Positions 28,163-37,886 of a DNA stretch of 64,000 bases are shown one piece after another. Position numbers and translations under genes: made by a program. Source of the DNA: Nostoc sp. (GTDB lineage Bacteria; Cyanobacteriota; Cyanobacteriia; Cyanobacteriales; Nostocaceae); NCBI GenBank assembly GCA_036918135.1, contig JBALDB010000054.1:93423-157422 (forward strand), written 5' to 3'. Positions within the stretch are counted from its first letter, which is position 1; the number at the start of each line of letters is the position of its first letter. The notes under the pieces were generated by a model. The model did no database searches and had not been told where the DNA came from. It was given only the letters and a program-made list of their open reading frames with translations.

Positions 28163-29845
28163 TTAAATTGTTTTTAGACGTTTTCTCTTGTTTTTTTGCT
28201 TCGGGTCGGCATCTTCTCGATCTTGTTTTTCTAATTCTGGCAATTTAAAAAGAACTCCTGCAAAAAACCAATAATAGACAGCAACCGGATCGACATCCAA
28301 AGGATAGTAGTAAGTGTTATAGCTAATAAACAATATAAACACCCATAAAGCTGCTGCGTAACTGCGGAAATTACGGTTTTTTATCGAGCGATAGGTTTTA
28401 AAGGCAATAATTGTTAAACTACTGACTAAACCCAAAAACGCTAGTACTCCAACAATTCCAATTTCATAAAGTACCTTGGGGTAATAAGTTTCTACCAATT
28501 TAGTTGAACCCATTGAACGAGCAGAGTTAGTTGCTCGACCTAAACCACTACCTAAAGGGCCGTCTACGTTTTTCCAGTTTTCTTCAAATTGCTGGACGAT
28601 AAAATCTTGAGGTGGTGAAGCCTCCCAACGACTAGTGAAACTGTCGGTTCTCTCTTGGACAAGAGCAGGGTTAGTCACCATCGCTATTCCTAAAATCAAA
28701 GCCAGTCCTACTCCTATGGGGATAAATCGTTTCAGGTTGCCAATTTGACCAGTGAGCAATAGTAAAATGCCAAAGCAGGTTGGGACTAGAGCTAAAGCAA
28801 TTCTCTGTCCGGAGATAACAGCATTAATAAATACTGAACCTAAAGCACCTAAACTGATTAACCGCCACATTATAGAAGGATCGGTGAAGCCGGTAGCAAA
28901 GGTAAAAAAGGTGCTAGAAATTAAGAACCATGCCCACTGCCAAGGGGCTACAAATGTTCCTGGTAAGCGAATAACTCCTTCTTCAGGACTATATAAGAGC
29001 GCTCCACCAAAATAACACCGGGCTTCTAATGATGTGACAAATAGGGCATTTCCTTCAAGACCTCTCGTGCCTTGACATATACCAGTTAGTAATAACAGGT
29101 ATTGAATTAATCCCAGCACGCAGCAAATCAATATCAGGGCAATTTGGAGGCGCGATAGAAATAGAAAATCACGCTTATCACGTATTAAATAGTAAGCACA
29201 AGCAATTAAGGGGACATAACCTAAAAGTACTTTTAGTCCCAGAATTCCCATACCCAAGGGTATTTCTTTTGGTGCCTGTTCTAATAATCCGACACTAGGT
29301 GGATTAAACTGCTGTCCACCATTGACAAACAACAGCGTTAATAAACAACAACCCAAAACAATATAAAGTGGAATTTTAATGCCTGGGGGAATAATTATTG
29401 GTAGTCCTTGTTTACGGCAAGTTTGCCAAAGTCCAATGAGTGCTGGAATGTAAAAAGCATCTTTAGCTAATTGGAGTATGGGACTATTGCCCAAGTAGTA
29501 AGTGATAGTACCGCCAGCAGGTACGTAAATGATGAACGCATATAAGGCTTGGCGGGGATATTTGTAGGAAAGTGACATAACAATTATCCCCAAAACACCA
29601 GGGACTGCTGCTTTAATTCCAGCTACGAAAAAAAGTACAATGCCTAAGAAGACACCGCCAAAGGTGGCGGTGGTGAGTAAACTTGTGAGTTCTTTACGCG
29701 CTTGGGCTGCTTTGCGCTTTTGGGCTAACTGTTCTTTGAGGCTGAGGGTAGGAGTTTCCTTTTTAGCCTGCTTTTTCGATTTTTTAGATGGTCGGGATTT
29801 TGACTTGATTTTCGGCATAGTAATGCTGTAGCCTATCAGCCTCAA
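28163..29845 (-). CDS. hpsL: HpsL-like membrane protein (O-antigen ligase/Wzy-like); start may be MPKIK at 29818
   Basis: Basic N-terminus and many TM helices; IRLPGTFVAPWQWAWF, ISGQR, GSGLGRATNS, ETYYPK, YNTYYYPLDVDP. Confidence 0.8.
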   Translation of the reverse strand: MRLIGYSITMPKIKSKSRPSKKSKKQAKKETPTLSLKEQLAQKRKAAQARKELTSLLTTATFGGVFLGIVLFFVAGIKAAVPGVLGIIVMSLSYKYPRQALYAFIIYVPAGGTITYYLGNSPILQLAKDAFYIPALIGLWQTCRKQGLPIIIPPGIKIPLYIVLGCCLLTLLFVNGGQQFNPPSVGLLEQAPKEIPLGMGILGLKVLLGYVPLIACAYYLIRDKRDFLFLSRLQIALILICCVLGLIQYLLLLTGICQGTRGLEGNALFVTSLEARCYFGGALLYSPEEGVIRLPGTFVAPWQWAWFLISSTFFTFATGFTDPSIMWRLISLGALGSVFINAVISGQRIALALVPTCFGILLLLTGQIGNLKRFIPIGVGLALILGIAMVTNPALVQERTDSFTSRWEASPPQDFIVQQFEENWKNVDGPLGSGLGRATNSARSMGSTKLVETYYPKVLYEIGIVGVLAFLGLVSSLTIIAFKTYRSIKNRNFRSYAAALWVFILFISYNTYYYPLDVDPVAVYYWFFAGVLFKLPELEKQDREDADPKQKNKRKRLKTI

Positions 29846-29897
29846 AGAATCTACACATCGAACTTGGGGTTTTTTAAAAGCTGAGATATTAGCGAAC

Positions 29898-31406
29898 TTA
29901 GTCCATCAGATGTTGCTCGACTTTTGAGACTAATTCATTTGTCCAGTGATTGGCCAGTTCGGCATTGGCAGCTTCCACCATAACTCTGATTACTGGTTCT
30001 GTACCGGAGGCGCGAACTAAAATTCTACCAGAATCACCCATTGCAGCCTCAGCAAGAACGATCGCTTTTTGCAGAGGTTGGCAATCTTGCCATCCTAAAC
30101 GGCGATCGCGATCTGTAACTCGCACGTTCCGTAATAATTGAGGATAGGTCTGGAAGCTTTGCTCTACTAATTCTGCTAGGGAAACATTCGCCTGTTTTAC
30201 CAAAGCTGCTAAATGCAAGGCTGTTAATAAGCCATCCCCAGTCACCGCATAATGACGGCAAAGTATGTGACCCGATTGTTCGCCGCCTAGCATTCCCCCA
30301 GTCCGCAGCATTTCGGCTTGCACGTATTGGTCGCCGACTGCGGTGCGAATCAATTTACCACCAATTTCTTGCCAAGCTTTCTCGAAGCCTAAGTTAGCCA
30401 TGACTGTAGATACAATCAAGTTATCCGGCAGTTGTTGGTTTTGTTGTAGGTGGCGTCCCCAGAGGTAGAGAATGTAATCGCCGTTAACTTGCCTGCCAGT
30501 ATTATCTACTGCTAAGACGCGATCGGCGTCGCCATCAAAGGCAAAGCCTAAGTCGGCGTTGTGTTCTTGTACCGCTGCTACCAGAATATCTAAGTGGGTG
30601 GAACCGCAGTTAACGTTAATGCGATGGCCATCTGCTTCGTTATGCAAGCAAATTACCTCTGCACCCATCTGTGTAAATACTGTTGGTGCTAATCCTACTG
30701 CTGCTCCCCATGCCAAGTCTAAAACAATCTTCATTCCTTGAAGATTCAGGTTACTAGCCAAGGGTTTTTTTAATGCCTCGCCATAATGGCTGATTAACTC
30801 CAAACGTGAGTAATGCCGTCCACAATTATTCTCAGTAGCAGTTGATATCTTGCCACGCAGTCCTGCTTCAATTTCTGCCTGCAATAATTGAGGTAACTTC
30901 CCACCATCTGCACCAAAAACCTTAATGCCATTGTCCTCTGGAGGGTTGTGACTAGCAGAAATCATCACTCCACCTATAGCATCAGTGATACTGGTAAGAT
31001 AGGCAACGCAAGGAGTAGGACATAATCCTAAATACCAAACCTCTAACCCCGCTGCTGTTAACCCTGCACTCAAAGCCATTGCCAGCATATCGCTGGAGTT
31101 TCTAGAGTCCTGTCCGAGAATCACTGGTCCTATACCAGTAGTGTGGTTACGTAAAACAATACCTGCCCAAAAACCAATTTGCAACGCTAAGGGCGCATTC
31201 AGTAATTCTCCAACTCGTCCGCGAATACCATCTGTGCCAAATAACGGATTTGCTGGTAGCGGTAGTAAATTCAGTACAAAACTGCTCTCAATCCCTTTGC
31301 TCAATCCATTAGCTTCAAAACCAGAATTCCCAGAAATCGCTGATGTCCGAGTTACAGATGAAACCATATTTTTAAACACTCCACACAACAAACAAAAAAA
31401 TAGCAC
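29898..31406 (-). CDS. glmM: Phosphoglucosamine mutase (probable start MVSS at 31367)
   Basis: [15 protein letters not shown] (phospho-Ser), FDGDADR, GGEQSGH, RASGTEP.IRVMVE. Confidence 0.93.
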   Translation of the reverse strand: MLFFCLLCGVFKNMVSSVTRTSAISGNSGFEANGLSKGIESSFVLNLLPLPANPLFGTDGIRGRVGELLNAPLALQIGFWAGIVLRNHTTGIGPVILGQDSRNSSDMLAMALSAGLTAAGLEVWYLGLCPTPCVAYLTSITDAIGGVMISASHNPPEDNGIKVFGADGGKLPQLLQAEIEAGLRGKISTATENNCGRHYSRLELISHYGEALKKPLASNLNLQGMKIVLDLAWGAAVGLAPTVFTQMGAEVICLHNEADGHRINVNCGSTHLDILVAAVQEHNADLGFAFDGDADRVLAVDNTGRQVNGDYILYLWGRHLQQNQQLPDNLIVSTVMANLGFEKAWQEIGGKLIRTAVGDQYVQAEMLRTGGMLGGEQSGHILCRHYAVTGDGLLTALHLAALVKQANVSLAELVEQSFQTYPQLLRNVRVTDRDRRLGWQDCQPLQKAIVLAEAAMGDSGRILVRASGTEPVIRVMVEAANAELANHWTNELVSKVEQHLMD

Positions 31407-31930
31407 TTGAGAGTTGATTCAGCAATTTCAACATTCTTTAATTCTCTTTAGAAATTTATTCTAGATAAAGTTAATTTTACGTAAAATTACTTAATAAATC
31501 AACTCAATGTTGTAAATTTTTAGTAAAGTTAGTATTTATTTTTATGTTATAAGTAAAGTTTACTTATTTTAGCTAATTCTTTCTTTTGTCCCCTCTATCT
31601 TAGCCTTGAGTCTTATAGATATGAGTTTACAAATAAAAAATTATCTTATTATTTAGTAATAAATGCTACTTCAAAAAATATCAAGTTTTTAGCAAACCTG
31701 AAAATATAAAGCAAAGTTTAGCTGAGAAAAACAAAAAATCAAAATATTAGCAATATAAAGTTCTAATTCCGTAGAAAAAATATTGTGTAAAAAGCTACAA
31801 ATATCTTTAAGCTTAAAAAATTTTAATATAAATTCTCATCAAATAGTTTTAAGGTAACGTTCTAATGGCTTTTTTAGCCATTCGTCAATTAAAACTCGGC
31901 AGTTGACTTTTTAAAGTTGAGAAATTTAGT

Positions 31931-32647
31931 ATGAGCAGCAATTTAGCAACCAAATTACGTGTAGGCACTAAAAAAGCCCACACGATGGCAGAAAATGTAG
32001 GTTTTGTCAAGTGCTTTTTAAAAGGAGTAGTCGAGAAAAACTCTTACCGCAAACTAGTTGCTAACTTCTACTTCATCTACTCAGCGATGGAAGAGGAGAT
32101 GGAAAAGCACCGCCAACATCCAATTGTTTCTAAAATTTATTTTCCACAGCTAAACCGCAAGCAGACCCTAGAGCAAGACCTGAATTATTACTTTGGTGCG
32201 AACTGGAGAGAGCAAATCCAACTATCTCCCGCAGGTGAAGCTTATGTACAGCGGATTCGGGAAATATCTGCAACCGAACCAGAACTGTTAATTGCCCATT
32301 CATATACTCGTTACCTGGGTGACTTATCTGGGGGACAGATTCTCAAAGGCATTGCTGTAACAGCAATGAATTTGTCTGATGGGCAAGGAACCGCCTTTTA
32401 TGAATTTGCGGATATCCCCGATGAAAAGGCATTTAAAGCCAAATATCGTCAAACTTTGGATGAATTACCCTTGGATGATGCTACAGGCGATCGCATTGTT
32501 GATGAAGCTAACGCTGCTTTTGGTATGAACATGAAGATGTTCAATGAATTGGAAGGCAATTTGATTAAAGCGATCGGTGTAATGCTGTACAATAGCCTCA
32601 CACGGCGTCGTACACGCGGTAATACTGAACTTGCTACTGCTGAGTAG
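31931..32647 (+). CDS. ho1: Heme oxygenase (biliverdin-producing)
   Basis: LRVGTKKAHTMAENVGF, AHSYTRYLGDLSGGQIL, EANAAFGMNM. Confidence 0.95.
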   Translation: MSSNLATKLRVGTKKAHTMAENVGFVKCFLKGVVEKNSYRKLVANFYFIYSAMEEEMEKHRQHPIVSKIYFPQLNRKQTLEQDLNYYFGANWREQIQLSPAGEAYVQRIREISATEPELLIAHSYTRYLGDLSGGQILKGIAVTAMNLSDGQGTAFYEFADIPDEKAFKAKYRQTLDELPLDDATGDRIVDEANAAFGMNMKMFNELEGNLIKAIGVMLYNSLTRRRTRGNTELATAE

Positions 32648-32891
32648 TTAGTGGTGAGTACTAAATGCGGAGTGTGGAGTGTGGAGTAATTAGTGCTAAG
32701 TAGTAAAGGCGGAGTGTGGAGTGTAGAGTCATCATTCCAGACAGCTTGATGAAAGATAATTTATAGACGTTTCTGGGTAAAGAGCAATCACCAAAGACGC
32801 TCAAATTATTTAGGGGCAATAGCCTTATGAATGCTTTCTATTTGTGAAAGCAAGCATGGGGAAGTTGCCCCTCAATTGTGATTGAAGGAGT

Positions 32892-33010
32892 TATAGCAGG
32901 AGGCAGGAGGCAGGAGGTAGAAGGCTGGAGGCAGAAGGCAGGAGGCAGGAGGTAGAACTATTAGTATTCACGCTTGTCATAATGTCCTAAAGGGTGTGAC
33001 TACGGCTATA
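32892..33010. repeat. Dispersed repeat with TATAGC...GCTATA termini and a GCAGGAG heptamer array
   Basis: Heptamer run 32896-32955; terminal inverted hexamers; adjacent to an SDR-like segment at about 33020-33085. Confidence 0.6.
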
Positions 33011-33152
33011 TGTCATTGCTTCACTTCGTACCCTACGGGTTCTCCGTTAGCGTAGCGTTCCGTAGGAAAGGAGTAGACACTGGCAAGTGATAAGACGGAC
33101 ATGATCTTACCTAAATAATTTTATACTAAATAAAAATAAATTATAAAAAGGG

Positions 33153-33184
33153 TTGACTCTCCAGTTAACTAGAGATTTAAAAAT
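33153..33184 (+). promoter_or_regulatory. MerR-family (ZntR/CueR-like) promoter-operator
   Basis: TTGACT -35, near-perfect dyad TCTCCAGTTAACTAGAGA, long 19-20 bp spacer to TAAAAAT; about 30 bp upstream of the DUF305 gene. Confidence 0.75.
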
Positions 33185-33212
33185 AAAATCAGGAAACATT
33201 TAGATAATCTCT

Positions 33213-33932
33213 ATGCAACTTTCTACTCTGAAAAACAACTTTTTGTCATTGACCTTAGTAGCGATCGCTTCTGTTTCAACTAGTCTATTAACAGCCTGTT
33301 CTACAACCACTTCCCAAAATCAAGTATCAAACCCTGCCACTACTGCTACTGATACTAGTGATAAGCAACCGATGAACCACGATGGTAGCATGATGAATCA
33401 TGATAGTGGCATGAACCACAACATGACAATGGATTTAGGAGCGGCCGATATAAATTATGATTTGCGGTTTATTGATGCGATGATTCCGCACCATCAAGGC
33501 GCAGTAGAAATGGCGAATGTCGCACAGGAGAAATCGAAACGTCCTGAAATTAAAAAGCTGGCTGCGGAAATTATCAAAGCTCAAGATAAAGAAATTGCCC
33601 AGTTGAAACAATGGCGTACAGCTTGGTATCCCTCCGCAAGTGTTACGCCAGTGGCTTATGATGCTAAAACAAATAAAACAGTCCCAATGCCTGACGAACA
33701 AATGCAAGGCATGATGATGAATATGGACTTAGGAGCTGCGGATACTCAGTTTGACTTGCGATTCATAAATGCAATGATTCCTCATCATCAAAGTGCAATT
33801 ACAATGGCTCAAGATGCATTGAGTAAATCTAAGCGTCCTGAAATCAAGAAATTGGCTCAAAGTATCATTGATTCTCAGCAAGCAGAGATTAACCAAATGA
33901 AACAGTGGCGAAAAACTTGGTATAATCGGTAA
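33213..33932 (+). CDS. DUF305 (CopM-like) metal-binding lipoprotein
   Basis: Lipobox LTAC, Met/His-rich linker, two repeats of DLRFI.AMIPHHQ.A..MA...EIKKLA..II..Q..EI.Q.KQWR. Confidence 0.9.
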   Translation: MQLSTLKNNFLSLTLVAIASVSTSLLTACSTTTSQNQVSNPATTATDTSDKQPMNHDGSMMNHDSGMNHNMTMDLGAADINYDLRFIDAMIPHHQGAVEMANVAQEKSKRPEIKKLAAEIIKAQDKEIAQLKQWRTAWYPSASVTPVAYDAKTNKTVPMPDEQMQGMMMNMDLGAADTQFDLRFINAMIPHHQSAITMAQDALSKSKRPEIKKLAQSIIDSQQAEINQMKQWRKTWYNR

Positions 33933-33973
33933 GCAAAATTGTCTGTGTGAAGCATATTACAGCAGAATTAGTA

Positions 33974-34016
33974 AATTCAGGAGCAAATTCTTCAGTGAGG
34001 CTCCTGAATTCTTTTT
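33974..34016 (+). terminator. Probable terminator after DUF305
   Basis: AATTCAGGAGC...GCTCCTGAATT stem followed by CTTTTT. Confidence 0.55.
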
Positions 34017-34646
34017 CAATTGGAATGCTACCCGTAATGGGTTATTACTGCTAGATAATTACAATATTAAATTTGTACAAGGAATACAACTTAAAGAACT
34101 ATTAATCAAAGCTGCAATGGCACGGTTGAATACTATTTTGATAGCAGCTTTTACCTCGACTTTATGATTAGTACCTTTAGTATTTACTTCCATAGCTTTA
34201 ACTTTAGGCTATGAATAAGGTGTTACTAATCATTAGTTGAATTTCTGAAAATAAGTTTTATATTCTATAACTTTCAATTAGTCATTATCATATTTATATT
34301 TTTTTGCTGAATTTTTGTAACCAAATCTTTAATATTTTAAATAACTATATTATTTACTGAATTTATCTGGCAGCTTAATGCTGAAGAACTAGAGCATCAA
34401 GCAGTTATTGGGACAATAAGTAGTATATGAAAAAGTAATTACTAATTTGTATTTTATAAAATTACATCTATCTAAAGAAATAATTTAATTAATAATCAAA
34501 AAACCAGAGTTAATTCTCAAAGTAGATATATATGAAAAAAAGCTAAAAATTACTTTAATATCCCCTAGTAGGGCATTGCATTAATTATTAGAAAAAAGAT
34601 GTACTGAATAAGTAATTTAACAATTAAAAATTTATTACTTTAGGGA

Positions 34647-35714
34647 ATGAAAATCTCTGCGTTGCTATTAGTACTTGGTCTGGCACTGACCGCTTGTAAT
34701 GCGCCTCAAAATACAGCAGTATCACCTACTCCTTCTGAAAGTAGTGCGACTGCACAACCTGTACAGAACCAAAGCAAAAGTAAAGCTTTAGTTGTGACAA
34801 CGGTAGCTCCGTTAACAAATATAGTAAGTAATATTGCAGGCGATCGCCTTGAAGTCAAAGGCATCATTCCCGAAGGTACTGACTCCCACACCTTTGAGCC
34901 ACGTCCTAGCGATGCCGATCTGCTGTCCAAGGCTAACTTAATAATCGCAAATGGACTCCACTTGGAAAGCCCAACAGAAAAACTAGCAAAAGCTTCTAAA
35001 CCTCAAAAAACAAACATTTATGAACTAGGTAGCAATACTATCACCGAAAGTCAGTGGATTTACGATTTTAGCTTTCCGAAAGAAAAGGGAGACCCCAATC
35101 CCCATTTATGGGTAAACCCCAAGTATGCTGAAGCTTACGCTAAACTAGCTGCTAACCAGTTGACCCAGTTAGATCCCCAAGGTAAAGAATACTATGACAA
35201 AAATTTGAACAACTACTTACAACGCCTCGACGCGCTGGACAAAGTAACACGAGAAGTCGTGGCTAGTATCCCAGCAAAAAATCGTAAACTTCTGACATAC
35301 CATGACTCTTGGGCTTACTGGGCTAGAGAATATGGCTTCCAGGTAATTGGTGCTATCCAACCCTCAGATTTTAAAGAACCTTCTGCTCAAGACGTTGCCA
35401 AACTCATCGATCAGATTCGGAAAGTAGGCGTACCTGCGATTTTTGGTTCTGAGGTATACCCAAGCAAAGTAGAAGAGCAAATTGCCCGTGAAGCGAAGAT
35501 AAAAACAGCTAACACAGCTGATGACGAATTACCAGGCACTGGTTCGGCTAATGCAATCGAAAATACCAATCCTCAACACACTTACATTGGCATGATGGCA
35601 AACAATTTGCGAATCATTGCCGAAAATTTAGGGGGTAACCCCAAGCTGGTTGACAAGCTGAACACTACCAATGTCGTTGGCCCAACCGCAACTGCTGTGA
35701 CAACGACTCAGTAG
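34647..35714 (+). CDS. Zn/Mn ABC transporter substrate-binding lipoprotein (TroA/cluster A-I)
   Basis: Lipobox LTAC; DSHTFEP, DPNPHLWVNP, TYHDSWAY, EPSAQD. Confidence 0.92.
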   Translation: MKISALLLVLGLALTACNAPQNTAVSPTPSESSATAQPVQNQSKSKALVVTTVAPLTNIVSNIAGDRLEVKGIIPEGTDSHTFEPRPSDADLLSKANLIIANGLHLESPTEKLAKASKPQKTNIYELGSNTITESQWIYDFSFPKEKGDPNPHLWVNPKYAEAYAKLAANQLTQLDPQGKEYYDKNLNNYLQRLDALDKVTREVVASIPAKNRKLLTYHDSWAYWAREYGFQVIGAIQPSDFKEPSAQDVAKLIDQIRKVGVPAIFGSEVYPSKVEEQIAREAKIKTANTADDELPGTGSANAIENTNPQHTYIGMMANNLRIIAENLGGNPKLVDKLNTTNVVGPTATAVTTTQ

Positions 35715-35732
35715 TACTTACTAAATTAGTGC

Positions 35733-36584
35733 ATGGAACCAATACTAGAAATTAGAAATCTCGCTTGTGGTTTTCAAACTCAACCAGTTTTGACAAACGT
35801 CGATTTGCTCCTCTATCCTGGGCAATTGTCTGGCTTAGTCGGGCCTTCGGGTAGCGGTAAAACCACTCTAATCAAAGCAATATTAGGGTTGGTTGAGCCT
35901 TGGGCTGGTGAAATTTGGTTTCAAGGAAAGCGCTTAAAGCCACGAACAGCGCCGCCAAAAGTCGGGTATGTGCCCCAGGTAGAAACAGTAGATTGGAATT
36001 TTCCAGTCACGGCACTAGAAGTAGTGATGATGGGACGTTACCGCAAAAAGCAATTTCTACCTTGGTTTTCACGAGGCGATCGCCTTTTTGCCAAAGCACT
36101 CCTTGAGCGAGTCGGAATCGCTCATGTCGCCCATCGACCTATCGGTGAATTATCTGGCGGACAACAACAACGAGTATTCATTGCCCGTGCATTAGTGGGA
36201 GAACCAGAAATTGTCCTTTTAGACGAACCCACTAGTAGTTCAGACTTGCGCGTTCAGCACGAATTGTTACACCTGTTAGCCGAACTAAATCAGCAGGGTT
36301 TGACGATTCTGCTGTCTACCCATGACCTCAACTCTGTGGCAACTCATCTACCTTGGGTAGTGTGTTTCAATCACGGCATCATTGCTCAAGGTCAGCCTAG
36401 CGACGTTTTTACTTCTGCTATCTTAAAAAAGACTTTTGGGGCAGAAATGGTTGTATTTCACCAAAGCGATCGCATTTTGATTGCTAATGAAGGCACTTCT
36501 TTGCGTCATCAGATGCAAGATAATTTGCCGCCGATTTTGCGACAATCCCACTCGAACCATAATACGCACAATTCCAAATCCTAA
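35733..36584 (+). CDS. Metal ABC transporter ATP-binding protein
   Basis: GPSGSGKTT, VGYVPQ...VDWNFPVT, LSGGQQQR, LLDEP. Confidence 0.93.
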   Translation: MEPILEIRNLACGFQTQPVLTNVDLLLYPGQLSGLVGPSGSGKTTLIKAILGLVEPWAGEIWFQGKRLKPRTAPPKVGYVPQVETVDWNFPVTALEVVMMGRYRKKQFLPWFSRGDRLFAKALLERVGIAHVAHRPIGELSGGQQQRVFIARALVGEPEIVLLDEPTSSSDLRVQHELLHLLAELNQQGLTILLSTHDLNSVATHLPWVVCFNHGIIAQGQPSDVFTSAILKKTFGAEMVVFHQSDRILIANEGTSLRHQMQDNLPPILRQSHSNHNTHNSKS

Positions 36585-36600
36585 ATCCCTAATCAAAGCA

Positions 36601-37458
36601 ATGGAATTTCTGCTCAAACCTTTTCAGTACGAATTTTTCAGTCGTGCCGTTGCTGTTGGCATGATGGCGGGGCTACTGTGCGGTGTGATGGGTGTATATA
36701 TCATCACTCGCCGTATGAGTTATATTGCTCACGGTCTTTCCCATGCAATTTTGGGAGGAGCAGTACTAAGTTACGTTTTGGGACTGAATTTTTATATTGG
36801 TTCTGGAATTTGGGGATTTGCAGCTGCCTTGCTGATCCAATATTTAACTGGACGCAAAGTTTACTCAGATGCAGCCATTGGTATAGTTACAACCGCTAGC
36901 TTTGCTTTGGGCGTCGCCGTAATCAGCACCTACCGGAAATTTAGTCAAAACTTTGAGGCGGCTTTGTTTGGTAATGTGTTGGGCGTTTCTCCTACTGATT
37001 TATGGTTCGTTAGTGGTGTCACAGTTGTAATTTTGAGCTTAGTTTTTTTGTTTTATCGCCCTTTGCTATTTTGGTGCTTTGACAGAGAAGTTGCTCAAGT
37101 TCATGGTGTACCTGTAGTGGCAATGGATACATTATTTGCTTTAATGCTAGCGACATTACTGGTGGCAACACTCAACGTTTTGGGAGTGACATTAATTATC
37201 TCTGCGGTGGTGATTCCCGCTTCCATTGCTCGATTGTTGAGCGATCGCTTTGCTTATGTAATTGTAATTTCAGGAGTTTTAGGAGCGGCGATCGCGTTTA
37301 TAGGTATTTACCTAAGCTACTACTTAGATATCGCCTCCGGAGCTAGTGTCGTCCTGCTGTCAACCTTAGTTTTCGGCTGCGTATTGCTTTGGAAGAGTTT
37401 TCAAAGTCGGCGCAAACGCTATGTACCATCCCTTTCTTCACAACATTACCAAGGTTAG
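36601..37458 (+). CDS. Metal ABC transporter permease (ABC-3)
   Basis: Start MEFLLKPFQYEFF at 36601; GLSHAILGG, DAAIG, LFGNVLG, FDREVA, IPASIARL. Confidence 0.92.
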   Translation: MEFLLKPFQYEFFSRAVAVGMMAGLLCGVMGVYIITRRMSYIAHGLSHAILGGAVLSYVLGLNFYIGSGIWGFAAALLIQYLTGRKVYSDAAIGIVTTASFALGVAVISTYRKFSQNFEAALFGNVLGVSPTDLWFVSGVTVVILSLVFLFYRPLLFWCFDREVAQVHGVPVVAMDTLFALMLATLLVATLNVLGVTLIISAVVIPASIARLLSDRFAYVIVISGVLGAAIAFIGIYLSYYLDIASGASVVLLSTLVFGCVLLWKSFQSRRKRYVPSLSSQHYQG

Positions 37459-37584
37459 TCAAGCAAATATTTAGTACCTGGAACTTTGCTTTGGTACAGT
37501 TGGTGTCTTATAGCTGAAGCTATGCTGATGAAAATTATCCAAGCTTAGACGTGCAGCAGTTTGGCGTCAGACATTGCCTTTCAA

Positions 37585-37732
37585 TAGACCTCTTGCACGA
37601 ATACAAAAACTACCCTCAACCCCCAACCCCTTCTGGCAATATTGCTCGAAAGGGGAGTAAACTTCAAAGTCCCTCTCCCAAGTTTGGGAGAGGGATTTAG
37701 GGTGAGGGGTCTTGATTTATGCAAGAAGTCTA
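37585..37732. mobile_element. MITE, family B (TAGACCTCTTGCA...TGCAAGAAGTCTA) with nested GC-rich palindromes
   Basis: 13-bp TIR with one mismatch; contains CCCTCTCCCAAGTTTGGGAGAGGG; second copy at 45375-45498. Confidence 0.75.
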
Positions 37733-37762
37733 CATTATTTAGCCTTGAATCTCGGTTGTTGC

Positions 37763-37886
37763 AGTTCTGAATATGAAGTTTCGAGTTCTGAACGGGAAGT
37801 TTCGAGTTCTGAAGGTGAAAAGTGGAATTCTGAGCCTCAAGATTGGAGATTAGAGGTTTATTACTCCTCTTTTCTCCTCATTAATC
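37763..37886. repeat. Degenerate 21-bp tandem repeat
   Basis: AGTTCTGAAtatGAAGTTTCG / AGTTCTGAAcggGAAGTTTCG / AGTTCTGAAggtGAAAAGTGG... at a 21-nt period. Confidence 0.65.

Noticed and set aside
34276..34290. Zur box upstream of the metal ABC operon
   Set aside because: Only the ATTATCA half matches (about 10/14) in very AT-rich DNA, far from the start codon.
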